Of a stretch of DNA of 64,000 bases, positions 53,692 to 63,999 are shown piece by piece. A model generated the notes under the pieces. The model worked only from the letters and a program-made list of their open reading frames with translations. It had not been told where the DNA came from and searched no databases. The DNA lies in contig CBDDHB010000002.1 of the NCBI GenBank assembly GCA_965228165.1, positions 708,449 to 772,448 of the forward strand, written 5' to 3'. Numbering within the stretch: the stretch's first letter is position 1; each line of letters starts with the position of its first letter. The position numbers were made by a program, and so were the translations under genes. Source of the DNA: Rhodospirillaceae bacterium (lineage in GTDB: Bacteria > Pseudomonadota > Alphaproteobacteria > Rhodospirillales > Rhodospirillaceae).

Positions 53692-54795
53692 CTACTGGCC
53701 GGTCTTGACCCGCGTCCAGGCGCGCACCCGGTAGCGGATCAAGGCCTGGTCGTTTTCCGGCAACATGTAGAGCTTGTCCATCACCTCTTTCGGCGGATAG
53801 ATGCCGGGGTCGGTGCGGATCGCCTCGTCCACCAGCGGATTGGCGGCCTTGTTGGCGTTGGCGTAGGAGACGAAATCGGAAATCTTCGCCACCACTTCGG
53901 GCTTCATGATGAAGTTGATGTATTCCAGGGCTTCCTTGGGATTCGGCGCGTCCTTCGGGATCAGCATGACGTCGGTCCACAGCACCGCGCCTTCCTTCGG
54001 GATGACGTACTGGATGTTGACGCCGTTCTTGGTTTCCTCGGCGCGGGACTTGGCCTGCAACAGGTCGCCCGAATAGCCGTGGGAGACGCAGACGTCGCCG
54101 TTGGCCATGTCGTTGACGTACTGAGAACCGTGGAAATACTTGATGTAGGGGCGGATCTTCTTGAACACGTCGGCGGCGGCGTCGATGTCCTTCTTGTTGG
54201 TGGTGGCGACGTCCTTGCCCAGATAGCGCAGCGCCATCGCCAGGGTCTCTTCCTGGTCGTCGAGGAAGGTGATGCCGCAGGCGGCCAGCTTCTTCGCGTT
54301 CTCCGGCTTGAAGATCATCGCCAGAGAGCCGATGTCGGGCGAATCGCCCAGCGCCGCCTTCACCTTGTCGATGTTGATGCCGATGCCGGTGGTGCCCCAC
54401 ATGTAGGGGACGCCGTGGGCGTTGCCGGGATCGATCGAAGCCAGCGCGGTCATCAACTGCGGGTCCATGTTCTTCAGGTTGGTCAGCTTCGACTTGTCGA
54501 GCTTCTGGTACAGCCCGGACTTGATCTGCCGCATGGCGAAGGGACGCGCGGTGGGAAACACCAGATCGTAACCGGACTTGCCGGCCAGCAACTTGGCTTC
54601 CAGCACTTCGTTGCTGTCATAGACGTCGTAGACGACCTTGATGCCGGTTTCCTTGGTGAAGGTCTCCAGGGTGTCCTCGGCGATGTAGTCGGTCCAGTTG
54701 TAGACGTGGACCACCCGCTCCGCCGCCAGCGCGGGGGCAACGGCAAGGCTGCACGTCAAGGCTGCCGCGAACGCGGCACAAGTGGCGGTACGCAT
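53692..54795 (-). CDS. potF: Putrescine ABC transporter periplasmic binding protein
   Basis: VYNWTDYI, YDVYDSNE, PYMWGTTGIG, YVIPKEG. Confidence 0.92.
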   Translation of the reverse strand: MRTATCAAFAAALTCSLAVAPALAAERVVHVYNWTDYIAEDTLETFTKETGIKVVYDVYDSNEVLEAKLLAGKSGYDLVFPTARPFAMRQIKSGLYQKLDKSKLTNLKNMDPQLMTALASIDPGNAHGVPYMWGTTGIGINIDKVKAALGDSPDIGSLAMIFKPENAKKLAACGITFLDDQEETLAMALRYLGKDVATTNKKDIDAAADVFKKIRPYIKYFHGSQYVNDMANGDVCVSHGYSGDLLQAKSRAEETKNGVNIQYVIPKEGAVLWTDVMLIPKDAPNPKEALEYINFIMKPEVVAKISDFVSYANANKAANPLVDEAIRTDPGIYPPKEVMDKLYMLPENDQALIRYRVRAWTRVKTGQ

Positions 54796-55025
54796 CTGCT
54801 GGTGTCTCCCTTCATGATCCCGTCGCCCGGCCCGCGTCCGACCCCGAACGCGGAACGGGCCGCCCTATTGGAACGAGTCGTCCAACCCTTCGCGGAATGT
54901 GGACTGAAAATCGACCAGCGACAAGAGGCCTGCCTATCCGGTGCGCAGTTTTTGAGGGAATTGTCCGCACGCGTTCGCAGGCGGCGCGGCCATCCAACCA
55001 GGCGGCTCCGCTCCCGGGGAACCGA

Positions 55026-56351
55026 TCAGCGCCGCCCCGCCTCGGCGATGATCGAATCGATCTGGCCGTTCATCGTTCCCATGCGCCAGGCCAGACTGTC
55101 CGCCGCCCCCAGAACCTCCGCCGCGGAACGCGCGGTGGCGGAAACCTGACCGCCGATCTCGGCGATGGCATCCGATACCGTCCCCACCGAATCGGCGGTC
55201 GAGCGAATGTTGGCGACGATGTCGTCAACCGCCGCGTGCTGTTCCTCGACCGTCGAACGGATGGTGTGGGCGATCTGGTTGATATCGCCGATGGTTCGCG
55301 ACACTTCGCCGATCGCCGCCACGGTTTGCCGGGTCACCTCCTGCATGCGTCCGATTTGCTCGGAGATGTCGTGGGTGGCCTTGCCGGTTTGGGCGGCAAG
55401 GTTCTTGACTTCGCCCGCGACCACGGCGAAGCCCTTGCCCGCGTCTCCCGCCCGCGCCGCCTCGATGGTGGCGTTCAACGCCAACAGGTTGGTCTGGGCG
55501 GCGATGGTGTCGATCAATTCGATCACCGCGCCGATGGTCTCGGCGGCGGAAGCCAGATTGTTCAATACCCCGGTGGTTTCCTCGGCGCGACGCGCCGCTT
55601 CGTCGGCGACCGTCGCCGACTTATCGGCCAAGCCGGAGATTCGCCCCATCCCCTCGGACACCCGATGCACCGCCGCGACCGCCTCGCCCACCGTGCGCGA
55701 GGCATGCGACGCCGCATCGGCGACGCGCGCGGATTCGCTGTCCGCGCGTTGCGTCGCCGCGCGCATGGCGCTGGCGCGTCCCCGCACCATCTCCGCCTCG
55801 TCGGCGGCTTGCGCCACCTCGGCGCGAATCCCCTTGCCGATGCCGTCGATGGTCGCCATCAGGGCGGCGGTGGTCCGCCCCATCCCCTCGATCCCCTGGT
55901 TGACCCGCATCGCATAGGTTCGGAATTCGCCATTCATGCCGGTCAGAACGATGCGACGGAAATAGCGTCCGCGATTGGCATAGTCCATCACCGCCCCCGC
56001 CTCCTTGGCGAAGGCCTCGAAATTGTCGAGCAACGCGTTGATGTCGTGCAGCATCTCACCCAGGATGCCGTGATCGCGAATCCCCATGATTCGCGCGTTC
56101 AGGTTGCCCTTGGCCGCCGCCTCGCAAGCCCGGACCGCCTTGGTGATGCTGCCCAGGGCGCGGCGAAGGTAAAGATTGCTGTAGATCACGCAGGCGATCG
56201 CCGTCGCCGCTAGGGCAACCTGCGCCCAGCGTTCGCCCATCGCGCACCACGCGCCCAGGACCAGCAACACCGCAAGCGACACCCAGTTGCCGAAGGCAGC
56301 CTTGCCGATCGACGAGGTTTTGCTCGAATCAAAGAGAGAGAACAAACTCAT
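55026..56351 (-). CDS. Methyl-accepting chemotaxis protein without periplasmic domain (CetA-like)
   Basis: Two adjacent N-terminal TM helices, HAMP-like segments, [31 protein letters not shown]. Confidence 0.9.
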   Translation of the reverse strand: MSLFSLFDSSKTSSIGKAAFGNWVSLAVLLVLGAWCAMGERWAQVALAATAIACVIYSNLYLRRALGSITKAVRACEAAAKGNLNARIMGIRDHGILGEMLHDINALLDNFEAFAKEAGAVMDYANRGRYFRRIVLTGMNGEFRTYAMRVNQGIEGMGRTTAALMATIDGIGKGIRAEVAQAADEAEMVRGRASAMRAATQRADSESARVADAASHASRTVGEAVAAVHRVSEGMGRISGLADKSATVADEAARRAEETTGVLNNLASAAETIGAVIELIDTIAAQTNLLALNATIEAARAGDAGKGFAVVAGEVKNLAAQTGKATHDISEQIGRMQEVTRQTVAAIGEVSRTIGDINQIAHTIRSTVEEQHAAVDDIVANIRSTADSVGTVSDAIAEIGGQVSATARSAAEVLGAADSLAWRMGTMNGQIDSIIAEAGRR

Positions 56352-56853
56352 CGTAGGCTATCCCCCTGCTTTTCAAAAGATCGACCAACGCCGCCTCGGA
56401 TGCCGCCATGCCCTCCCGTGGGCTGGCGTGACTGCGCTCGATGTCCGACAATTGGCGGTATAGACCGGTCGCCGCCTTCACCGCGTCGCGGCGCGGCACC
56501 CGGCGCGAGGAGTGGTAGCCGACGATCCGCATGTCGTCGTCGAAGGTCGGGGTAACGTGGGCGAACACCCAGTAATGATCGCCGTTCCGCGCCTGATTGA
56601 CCACATAGGCGAAAATCTCCTCGCCCTTTTCGATGGTGTCCCAGAGCAGCTTGAAGACGCAGCGCGGCATGTCGGGATGGCGGATGATGTTGTGGTTCTG
56701 ACCGACCAGTTCCGCTTCCTGGTACATCGCCACGTCGCAGAATACCTTGTTGGCGTAGGTGATGATTCCCTTGGTATCGGTCTTGCTGACGATGATCTGG
56801 CTGTCCGGCCAAGTTCTTTCCCTGCCGGTCGGAGAAATGGTCGGTCGGGTCAT
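56329..56853 (-). CDS. Stand-alone Aer-type FAD-binding PAS protein (CetB-like)
   Basis: [44 protein letters not shown]. Confidence 0.9.
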   Translation of the reverse strand: MTRPTISPTGRERTWPDSQIIVSKTDTKGIITYANKVFCDVAMYQEAELVGQNHNIIRHPDMPRCVFKLLWDTIEKGEEIFAYVVNQARNGDHYWVFAHVTPTFDDDMRIVGYHSSRRVPRRDAVKAATGLYRQLSDIERSHASPREGMAASEAALVDLLKSRGIAYDEFVLSL

Positions 56854-56950
56854 CCACGGATCCTCTTTTCCAGCCTTCGCGCTTCTTTTCCGAAGAACTT
56901 ATGTGCGCCGCTCCAAAACACAAGCTGCGGAACATGACAAAACGGGACTT

Positions 56951-57760
56951 TCACGGGGCTGGATCGGGACGAGCCAGACGCCAGTCCTCGGCATGACCGT
57001 CGAGAAAACGGGGCGCGCCGGTCAAGTCCGTTCCGTCCCAATGGTACAGGGCATAGCCGGGGGGCGCGGCGACGGCGATCGCCGCGTCGGCGGTGCCGTG
57101 CCCGGTCAGCACGGTGCGGTTGGCCACCGAGGGCGCGGCGAACACCGGCACCCCGTGCCAACTTCCGCGCATCGGATGGTGCAGATGGCCGCACAGGATC
57201 GCGGCGACGCCGCCATGGGCGCGCAGCAATGCGCCCAGTTCGTCGCGGCCGGCGGCGATCCCCATTTGATCCAGCCAGTCGATGCCGGTGTCGAAGGGGG
57301 GATGGTGCAGGAAGACCAGGGTCGGACGCTCCGGAGACTCGGTCAGGCGGGCGGCCAGCCAGTCCAGGGCGGCGGGCGACAGCGCGGCGCGGAAGGGATC
57401 GTTGACCGCCGCGTCCAACGCCAGCAGGCGCAGGGGAAAATCCTCCACCGCGTAAGTCCAGGGCGTCCCGCCGCCGGGCGCCGCCCCGAAGGCGGCGCGC
57501 AGGGCTTCGCGGTCGTCGTGGTTCCCCACCGTCGCGAACACCGGGGCGCGCAGCCCCGCGAGCATCGCGGCGGCACGGCGGGCGGCGCCCGCGTCGCGGT
57601 CGTGGGTCAGGTCTCCGGTGGCGAGCACCGCATCGGGCGGCGGGTTGAGGGCGTTGACCGCCGCGATCACCCGCGCCAGCGCCGCATCGGCATCGACCAG
57701 ACCGTGTAGCGGGGCGCCATCGGCGGTCAGGTGCGGGTCGCTGATGTGGGCGATCAGCAT
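56951..57760 (-). CDS. Calcineurin-like metallophosphoesterase (CpdA/GpdQ-like)
   Basis: ISDPH, ATGDL, VGNHD, LHHPP, CGHLH. Confidence 0.88.
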   Translation of the reverse strand: MLIAHISDPHLTADGAPLHGLVDADAALARVIAAVNALNPPPDAVLATGDLTHDRDAGAARRAAAMLAGLRAPVFATVGNHDDREALRAAFGAAPGGGTPWTYAVEDFPLRLLALDAAVNDPFRAALSPAALDWLAARLTESPERPTLVFLHHPPFDTGIDWLDQMGIAAGRDELGALLRAHGGVAAILCGHLHHPMRGSWHGVPVFAAPSVANRTVLTGHGTADAAIAVAAPPGYALYHWDGTDLTGAPRFLDGHAEDWRLARPDPAP

Positions 57761-57767
57761 GGTGACC

Positions 57768-58715
57768 TCAGTGCGGACCGGGACAGCGGTTGACCTCCAC
57801 CGCCAGATGAACGATCTCGGCGAGGTCCGCCAACCGCGCCTTGTAGTCGGCGGGGGGAAGTGGCTGGAAGGCGACCAGCGACACCTGCGCCGCATAGCGA
57901 CCGACGCCGATGGTCCAGACGTGCAGGTCCGAGATGCGGGCGTCGCCGTCGCTTTCGATCGCCTGGGAAATCGCGGCCAGAAGCGACGCGGGCGCCTGCG
58001 CGTCCAGCAGGATGGCGGCGGACTCCCGCATCAGACCGAATCCCCAGCGCCCGATCAGCACCGCCCCGGCGACGCCGACCGCGGGGTCCAGCCAGTCGGC
58101 GCCGAACCCCCAGGCGCAGGCCAGGGCGGCGATCGCCAGAACCGAGGTCAGGGCGTCGGCCAGAACGTGCACATAGGCGGCGCGGTGGTTGTGATCCACC
58201 GCCGCGACGTGGTCATGGTGATGGTCATGGTCGTGATGGTGGTCGTGCTCGTGCCCGTGGTCGTGGCCGAGGATCAGCACGCTCGCCAGATTGACCGCCA
58301 GCCCCAACACCGCCACCGCCATCGCCTGGCCATAGTCGATGGCGACCGGCGCGGTCATCCGCACCACGCATTCCCACAGCATCGCGGCGGCGACCACCGC
58401 CAGCAGCAGGGCGCTGGAGAACCCGGCCAGGGCGTTGAGCTTGCCGCTGCCGAAGCTGAAGCGAGCGTCCCCCGCCCGCGCCCGCGTCGCGCGATAGGCG
58501 AAGACCGCCAGCCCCAGGGCCAGCACGTGGGTCGCCATGTGCAGGCCGTCGGCGAGCAGCGCCATCGAGCCGAAGGCGACTCCCGCCCCGATTTCCAGCG
58601 CCATCACCAGGGCGGTGACGCCGACGACGAGGCGAAGGCGGCGTTCCGACGGCAATTCCGCATCCTGGCCGAAGACGTGATCGTGCCGCCAGCGCTTGAG
58701 GGAATGGGTATGCAT
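57768..58715 (-). CDS. dmeF: CDF-family metal exporter with His-rich loop (DmeF-like, Co/Ni)
   Basis: SMALLADGLHMATH, FSFGSGK, HDHGHEHDHHHDHDHHH, HVLADALTS, DLHVW. Confidence 0.85.
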   Translation of the reverse strand: MHTHSLKRWRHDHVFGQDAELPSERRLRLVVGVTALVMALEIGAGVAFGSMALLADGLHMATHVLALGLAVFAYRATRARAGDARFSFGSGKLNALAGFSSALLLAVVAAAMLWECVVRMTAPVAIDYGQAMAVAVLGLAVNLASVLILGHDHGHEHDHHHDHDHHHDHVAAVDHNHRAAYVHVLADALTSVLAIAALACAWGFGADWLDPAVGVAGAVLIGRWGFGLMRESAAILLDAQAPASLLAAISQAIESDGDARISDLHVWTIGVGRYAAQVSLVAFQPLPPADYKARLADLAEIVHLAVEVNRCPGPH

Positions 58716-58730
58716 CGCCGGTTCCCCCGG

Positions 58731-59892
58731 TCAGAGCGCGGCGGTCAGAACCGCCTCCGCCACCTCGGGAGTCACCCCCCCGGTCCTCGCCCAGGGCGGT
58801 CATGCCGTGCGCCTCCAGATTGGCGCGCACCGCCGCCACCGCCGCCTGGCCCAGGTCCGCGTCGGACAGGCGCACCGGCAGGCCGAGGGCGCGGAAGAAC
58901 CCTTCGGTCTTTTCGATCGCCGCGTCGATGCGCGCGTCCTCCGCCCCATCGGCAAGCCCCCAGACGTTGGCGGCGTACTGCGCCAGCTTGGCGCGCTTCG
59001 CGCCGCGCCGCGCCTTCAGCATCGCGGGCAGGACGATGGAGAGCGAACGGGCGTGATCGACGCCGTAGAGCGCGGTCAGTTCGTGGCCGATCATGTGGGT
59101 CGCCCAGTCCTGCGGTACGCCGACCGAGATCAGACCGTTGAGCGCCTGGTTGGCGGCCCACATCAGGTTGGCGCGGGCGTCCATGTCGGCGGCGTCGGCC
59201 AGGGTCTTCGGCCCGACCGCGATCAGAGTCCGCATCAGCCCTTCGGCGAAGGCATCCTGCACCATCCCCCCCCCGGCGGGCACGGTCAGGTACTGCTCGG
59301 CGACGTGGACGAAGGCGTCGGCGACGCCGTTCGCCACCTGGCGCGGCGGCAGGCTCCGCGTCGCCTCGGGGTCGAGCACCGCGAACGCCGGGAAAAGCGC
59401 CGGGTGCCCGAAGGCGAGCTTGGCGCCCTGGCCCTTGTGGGTGACCACCGCGCCGCAATTGCTTTCCGACCCGGTGGCGGGCAGGGTCAGCACCACGCCC
59501 AGGGGAACCGCGCCCCGGATCTTCGCCGCGCCGGTGACCAGCCCCCAGGGATCGTCCCCGTCGTGGCGCAGGGCGGCGGCGAGGAACTTGCTGCCGTCGA
59601 TCACCGAACCGCCGCCCACCGCGAGGATGAAGTCCGACCCGGCGGCGCGCGCCACGTCGGCGGCGCGCATCATCGTCTCGAAGCTGGGGTTGGGCTCGAT
59701 GCCGCCGAACTCGGCGACGGAGCGCCCCTTCAACGCCGCCATCACCTGATCGTAAACCCCGTTCGCCTTGATGCTGCCGCCGCCATAGGTGACCAGAACC
59801 TTCGCCGACTCGGGGATCTGTTTGCCGATCGCGGCGATCTGTCCCTTGCCGAACAGGATGCGGGTGGGATTGACATAGGTGAAGTTCTTCAT
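58731..59892 (-). CDS. yqhD: NADPH-dependent iron-type alcohol dehydrogenase (YqhD-like), +1 frameshift at C7 58775-58781 near the C-terminus
   Basis: NPTRILFG, GGGSVIDG, TLPATGSE, DWATHMIGHELT. Removing one base gives the ending ...GEDRGVTPEVAEAVLTAAL* and 386 aa. Confidence 0.88.
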
Positions 59893-60032
59893 GGCGTCGG
59901 GACTCCGGGCATTGCGGGTTTGCGCCCCCACTATCGCCTGTTCCTCCGGCCTTGCCAACCGGGCGGCCACCGCCGACGTTGAAAACCTCCCCCACCCTGG
60001 CGCAGGATGCAGGGGGAAACACGGAGCGCAAG

Positions 60033-60554
60033 ATGGAACCGGAAACCGGAGACGAAACCGACGGCGCGCGGAAGACCGGGCAGACTCCCGCCGGACGCGT
60101 CTTCCTGGTGGTGATCGACGACACCGAGGAATTCAAACCCGCGCTCGACTACGCCTGCCTGCGGGCGAAGCGTTCGGGCGGACAGGTCGCCCTGCTCTAC
60201 GTCATCCCGCCGGTGGAGTTCGAGCACTTCATGTTCGTCGGCGACGTGATGCGCGAGGACCGCCGCAAGGAAGCGGAGGTCCTGATTCACGGACACGTCG
60301 ATCACGTCCTGGAACTGTCGGGCAAGCCGCCGACGATCCATCTGCGCGAAGGCGACCGCCGCGAGGAACTGCTGAAGTTCCTGGAGCAGGAAACCGTCCA
60401 CGTTCTGGTCCTGGGCGCGAATACCGGCAAGGGCGGTCCAGGCCCGCTGATCTCGTCCCTGATGGGCAAGGACCTGCGGCGCGTCCATGTGCCGATGGCG
60501 ATCATTCCGGGCAGCCTGAGCCCCGAGGAAATCCGCACCCTCACCCTTTTCTGA
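60033..60554 (+). CDS. Universal stress protein (UspA domain)
   Basis: FLVVIDDTEE..ALDYA, LVLGA, GPGPLIS, IIPG. Confidence 0.85.
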   Translation: MEPETGDETDGARKTGQTPAGRVFLVVIDDTEEFKPALDYACLRAKRSGGQVALLYVIPPVEFEHFMFVGDVMREDRRKEAEVLIHGHVDHVLELSGKPPTIHLREGDRREELLKFLEQETVHVLVLGANTGKGGPGPLISSLMGKDLRRVHVPMAIIPGSLSPEEIRTLTLF

Positions 60555-60572
60555 CGCGAACGGAGGTTCCCC

Positions 60573-61409
60573 ATGCGACTGCTGCGTTGCGGCCCGGCGG
60601 GCCAGGAAAAACCCGGCCTGATCGACGCGGGCGGCACCCTGCGCGACCTGTCCGGCGTGGTGGCGGACATCGGCCCGGCGGAAATTTCCCCCGAAGGATT
60701 GGCCCGGTTGGCGGCGATCGCCCCCGGTTCCCTCCCCCCGGTCGCGGGAACGCCCCGCCTGGGGGTGCCGCTGGCGGGGATTCGCAACATCATCGGCATC
60801 GGCCTCAACTATGCCGACCACGCCCGCGAGACCAAGGGCGAGCCGCCGCCCGAACCGATCCTGTTCATGAAACACACCGGCAGCCTGTCCGGCCCCTTCG
60901 ACCCCATTCCCCTGCCGCCCGGGGCGCAGCGCCTGGATTGGGAAGCCGAACTGGCGGTGGTGATCGGCCAGGCCGCCCACCGCGTCGCCGAGGAGCAGGC
61001 GGAGCGCCACGTCGCGGGCTACATGGCGGTCAACGACGTTTCCGAACGCGACCACCAGTTCAAGCGCCAGGGGCAGTGGGTGAAGGGCAAGTCGGCCCCC
61101 GGTTTCTGCCCGCTCGGCCCTTTCCTCGTCAGCCGCGACGAAATCGCCGACCCGCAAAGACTGGCGATCCGCCTGTCGGTCGATGGCGAGGTGATGCAGG
61201 ACAGCTCCACCGATCAGATGATCTTCCCGGTGCGGTTCCTGGTGTCCTATGTCAGCCAGTTCATGCGCCTGATGCCGGGCGACGTCATCCTCACCGGCAC
61301 CCCGGCGGGGGTGGGCTTCGGCCGCAAGCGCTATCTGAAGGCGGGCGAAACCATCGAGGTCGCGGTCGAAGGCCTGGGCACGCAGCGCCAGACGGTGGTC
61401 GAGGCCTGA
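60573..61409 (+). CDS. Fumarylacetoacetate-hydrolase family protein
   Basis: IGIGLNYADH, DWEAEL, NDVSER, GDVILTGTPAGVG. Confidence 0.92.
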   Translation: MRLLRCGPAGQEKPGLIDAGGTLRDLSGVVADIGPAEISPEGLARLAAIAPGSLPPVAGTPRLGVPLAGIRNIIGIGLNYADHARETKGEPPPEPILFMKHTGSLSGPFDPIPLPPGAQRLDWEAELAVVIGQAAHRVAEEQAERHVAGYMAVNDVSERDHQFKRQGQWVKGKSAPGFCPLGPFLVSRDEIADPQRLAIRLSVDGEVMQDSSTDQMIFPVRFLVSYVSQFMRLMPGDVILTGTPAGVGFGRKRYLKAGETIEVAVEGLGTQRQTVVEA

Positions 61410-61410
61410 A

Positions 61411-61452
61411 ACGAAACCGCCCGGAATGCAAACCCATTCCGGGCGGTTTCGT
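61411..61452. terminator. Long hairpin between convergent FAH and MCP genes
   Basis: ACGAAACCGCCCGGAATG-CAAACC-CATTCCGGGCGGTTTCGT, a perfect 18-bp stem. Confidence 0.8.
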
Positions 61453-61466
61453 GATCGTCGGCGGGG

Positions 61467-62768
61467 TCAGACCGCCCGCACGTCGCCGAGGAAGCGTTCG
61501 ATCTCCTGTTGCAGGGCGCGCGCGGTGCCCGACAACCGTTCCACCGCCCGCCGCGACTCCTCGGACAGAAGGCCGGTGCGGTCGGCGTTGGCGCTGACCA
61601 TCGCGATGTTGCTGGAAACCTCTTGCGTCCCCTGCACCGTCTCGTTGACGTTGCGGGCGATTTCCCGCGTCGCCGCCGACTGTTCCTCGATCGCCGCGGA
61701 AATCGCCGTGGTGTCCTCGCCCAGTTGGTTGATGATGGCGACGATGCCCTCGATCGCCGCGCCGGTCTGACGGGTGGCGTCGTGAATGCTGGAGATCTGC
61801 GCCGAGATGTCCTCGGTCGCCCGCGCCGTCTGGTTGGCGAGATTCTTCACCTCGCCAGCCACCACCGCGAAGCCCTTGCCCGCGTCGCCCGCCCGCGCCG
61901 CCTCGATGGTGGCGTTCAAGGCCAGCAGATTGGTCTGGCTGGCGATGTCCTGGATCAGCTTCGCCACCTCGCCGATACGCGAACCCGCCTTGTCCAGGGC
62001 GGCCATCTCCGCCTCGACGCCGCGCGACTGCTCCACTGCTTCCTGCGCCACCCGGTTGGCGTCGGTGACGCGGGAGGAAATCTCGCCGATCGACGACGAC
62101 AGTTCCTCGGTCGCCGCCGCCACCGTGCTGGCGCGCAGATTGGTTTCCTTGGCGACGGAAGCGACCTCGGCGGCGCCGGCCTCGACCTGGGTCAAGGCGG
62201 CGGTGACCTCGCTCAGGGTGCGACTGACGTGACCGTCGAAGCTGACGATCATCTCCTCCAGCTTGTGCTCGCGCTCCAGCAACTGAAGCTTCACCAGTTC
62301 CTGATAGACCGAAATCGACAGGTCCATATCGAGGAACACCGCCTTGGTCACCGCACCGATCAAGTCCCCCCGCTTTTCGGCTCGGCGCTTGAAAGCATGG
62401 TCGATCTCGGCGGTCAGGCGGCTCAACACCAGGGCATAGCCGCCGATGTACCAGCGCGGTTCCAGCCCGATGCGGGCGTGGGCATGGCCCACCGCCATCA
62501 CCCCCTTCATGAAGGCGTCGTCGAAATCGCCCTTGAACAGGCGCTCCCAATGCGCGCCCTGCGCCACCTTCAGGCGCTCGATCATGCCGTCGGCGGCGAT
62601 CAGGGGCTTCAGCGCCTCGACCCCCTTCAGGTGGGTATAGAACTCATCCAGAATGGCGCGCAGCTTCGGGCGCACCACCGGCCAGGCCTCGCGCAGCGCG
62701 GCCACCGTCCGGTTGTCGATCCGCAGGAACCGCAGACGACCCTCTCGATCCACATCGAATTCAAACAT
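61467..62768 (-). CDS. Globin-coupled soluble chemoreceptor (HemAT-like)
   Basis: RLRFL, DEFY (B10 Tyr), [16 protein letters not shown] (F8 His), then the MCP hairpin; no TM. Start placed at ATG 62768 after GAGGGAAAG. Confidence 0.9.
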   Translation of the reverse strand: MFEFDVDREGRLRFLRIDNRTVAALREAWPVVRPKLRAILDEFYTHLKGVEALKPLIAADGMIERLKVAQGAHWERLFKGDFDDAFMKGVMAVGHAHARIGLEPRWYIGGYALVLSRLTAEIDHAFKRRAEKRGDLIGAVTKAVFLDMDLSISVYQELVKLQLLEREHKLEEMIVSFDGHVSRTLSEVTAALTQVEAGAAEVASVAKETNLRASTVAAATEELSSSIGEISSRVTDANRVAQEAVEQSRGVEAEMAALDKAGSRIGEVAKLIQDIASQTNLLALNATIEAARAGDAGKGFAVVAGEVKNLANQTARATEDISAQISSIHDATRQTGAAIEGIVAIINQLGEDTTAISAAIEEQSAATREIARNVNETVQGTQEVSSNIAMVSANADRTGLLSEESRRAVERLSGTARALQQEIERFLGDVRAV

Positions 62769-63012
62769 CTTTCCCTCTATGACTGCCCGACTGGGAAATC
62801 TTTTTATGATCTTCGTTGCGACGAAGTTTCCGAACCCGAATGCTGGAGTATTCCACCACAACGTCAATGGAAATATGCGACGCGCGGCGGAAAGCGGCAC
62901 AACCCCGCAGGGAATTTTCACAAAAGAAAAACCGGCCCTGGGATTATGTCCTGGACCGGTCTCCTTGGGTTGAACATTGTCTTTGGAATTTATCCGCTTT
63001 ATCGATTCTGCC

Positions 63013-63999
63013 TCATTCCACCCGGCCCAAGGCCTTGGCCAGGATCATATAGATGCGCCCGATGTCCGAACCGGTCAGCACCGCGGTCAGGACGTCGGAA
63101 CGGTCGGAACGGCGCACCCGCGCGGTCAGGGCCTCGAACTCCGACAGATAGCGGGTGACGAAGCCCCGGAAGTCCGCCTCCGCCTCGAAACGATCCTTGA
63201 TCTCCTGCATCTGCGACTTGGTCAGCGACCGCGACAGATGGCGCAGGAAGGCCCCCTGATCGCCGCGATGGTAGCGTTTCCACAGGTCTTCCTCGACGCT
63301 CGGCTGGAAGGCCCGGGTGATATCGACCGAGATCGCCTGCAAGCGTTCGATCACCTGCACCGCATCCTTCAGGAAGATATCGGTCTCGACGTCGAGCTTC
63401 TGCCTCTCCAACTGGGTGGCGCGGCTTTCCGCCTCTTCGGCGGCGGCCAGGATCGCCTTGGTCTTCTGCACGAACAGGGTGCTCAACTTGTGCGCCCGGC
63501 CCTCCAGCATGTCGCCGGTGGCGGCCATTTCGGTGGTCTTCTGACGCACCGTGTCCATCAGCGTCTTGATCTTGTCGACGGTCGCATCGGCGCTGCCCGC
63601 CAGTTCGCCCGACTGGGCGCGGAAGGTATCGCGGGATTCGCCGATCTGCCGGGTGATCCGGTCCGAGGTCGCGGCCACCTGCTCGATGGTTTCCTTCAGG
63701 CGCGCCCCGGCCACCGTCACCTGCGCCGAACTGCGGCCTGCGGTATCGTCGAAGTCGCGACCGATCTGATGCAGGGCGTCGCCCAGGGACCGCACCCGGC
63801 TGGAGGCCTCGTCGGTGTTCTTCAGGAACTCCATGGAGCGTTCGCGCAACGCGCCGCCGAACGCCGCCAGGGCCTTCTGCGCCTCGGCGGCGACCCGCCC
63901 GACCTTGTCGGATTGCTTGTCGAGAACCGCGCCGATGTCCTCCACCTGGGCACGGGCGGCGTCCGAAACCTGTTTCATCCCGGAGGAATGCTGGGCGAC
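63013..63999 (-). CDS. C-terminal part of a large coiled-coil protein with an alphaproteobacterial TipN-like C-terminal motif (open off the window)
   Basis: Heptad-rich A/E/R/D/S sequence; LWKRY..G...[24 protein letters not shown]. No stop upstream up to the window edge. Confidence 0.6.
   Translation of the reverse strand, partial: VAQHSSGMKQVSDAARAQVEDIGAVLDKQSDKVGRVAAEAQKALAAFGGALRERSMEFLKNTDEASSRVRSLGDALHQIGRDFDDTAGRSSAQVTVAGARLKETIEQVAATSDRITRQIGESRDTFRAQSGELAGSADATVDKIKTLMDTVRQKTTEMAATGDMLEGRAHKLSTLFVQKTKAILAAAEEAESRATQLERQKLDVETDIFLKDAVQVIERLQAISVDITRAFQPSVEEDLWKRYHRGDQGAFLRHLSRSLTKSQMQEIKDRFEAEADFRGFVTRYLSEFEALTARVRRSDRSDVLTAVLTGSDIGRIYMILAKALGRVE

Noticed and set aside
58205-58270. 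Short imperfect repeats (GTCATG/GTGATG)
   Set aside because: They encode the His-rich loop of the CDF transporter; not a CRISPR array or a DNA repeat element.
59266-59274. G9 run inside yqhD
   Set aside because: It is in frame (Gly-Gly-Gly) and adds at most one residue, so it is not a lesion by itself.
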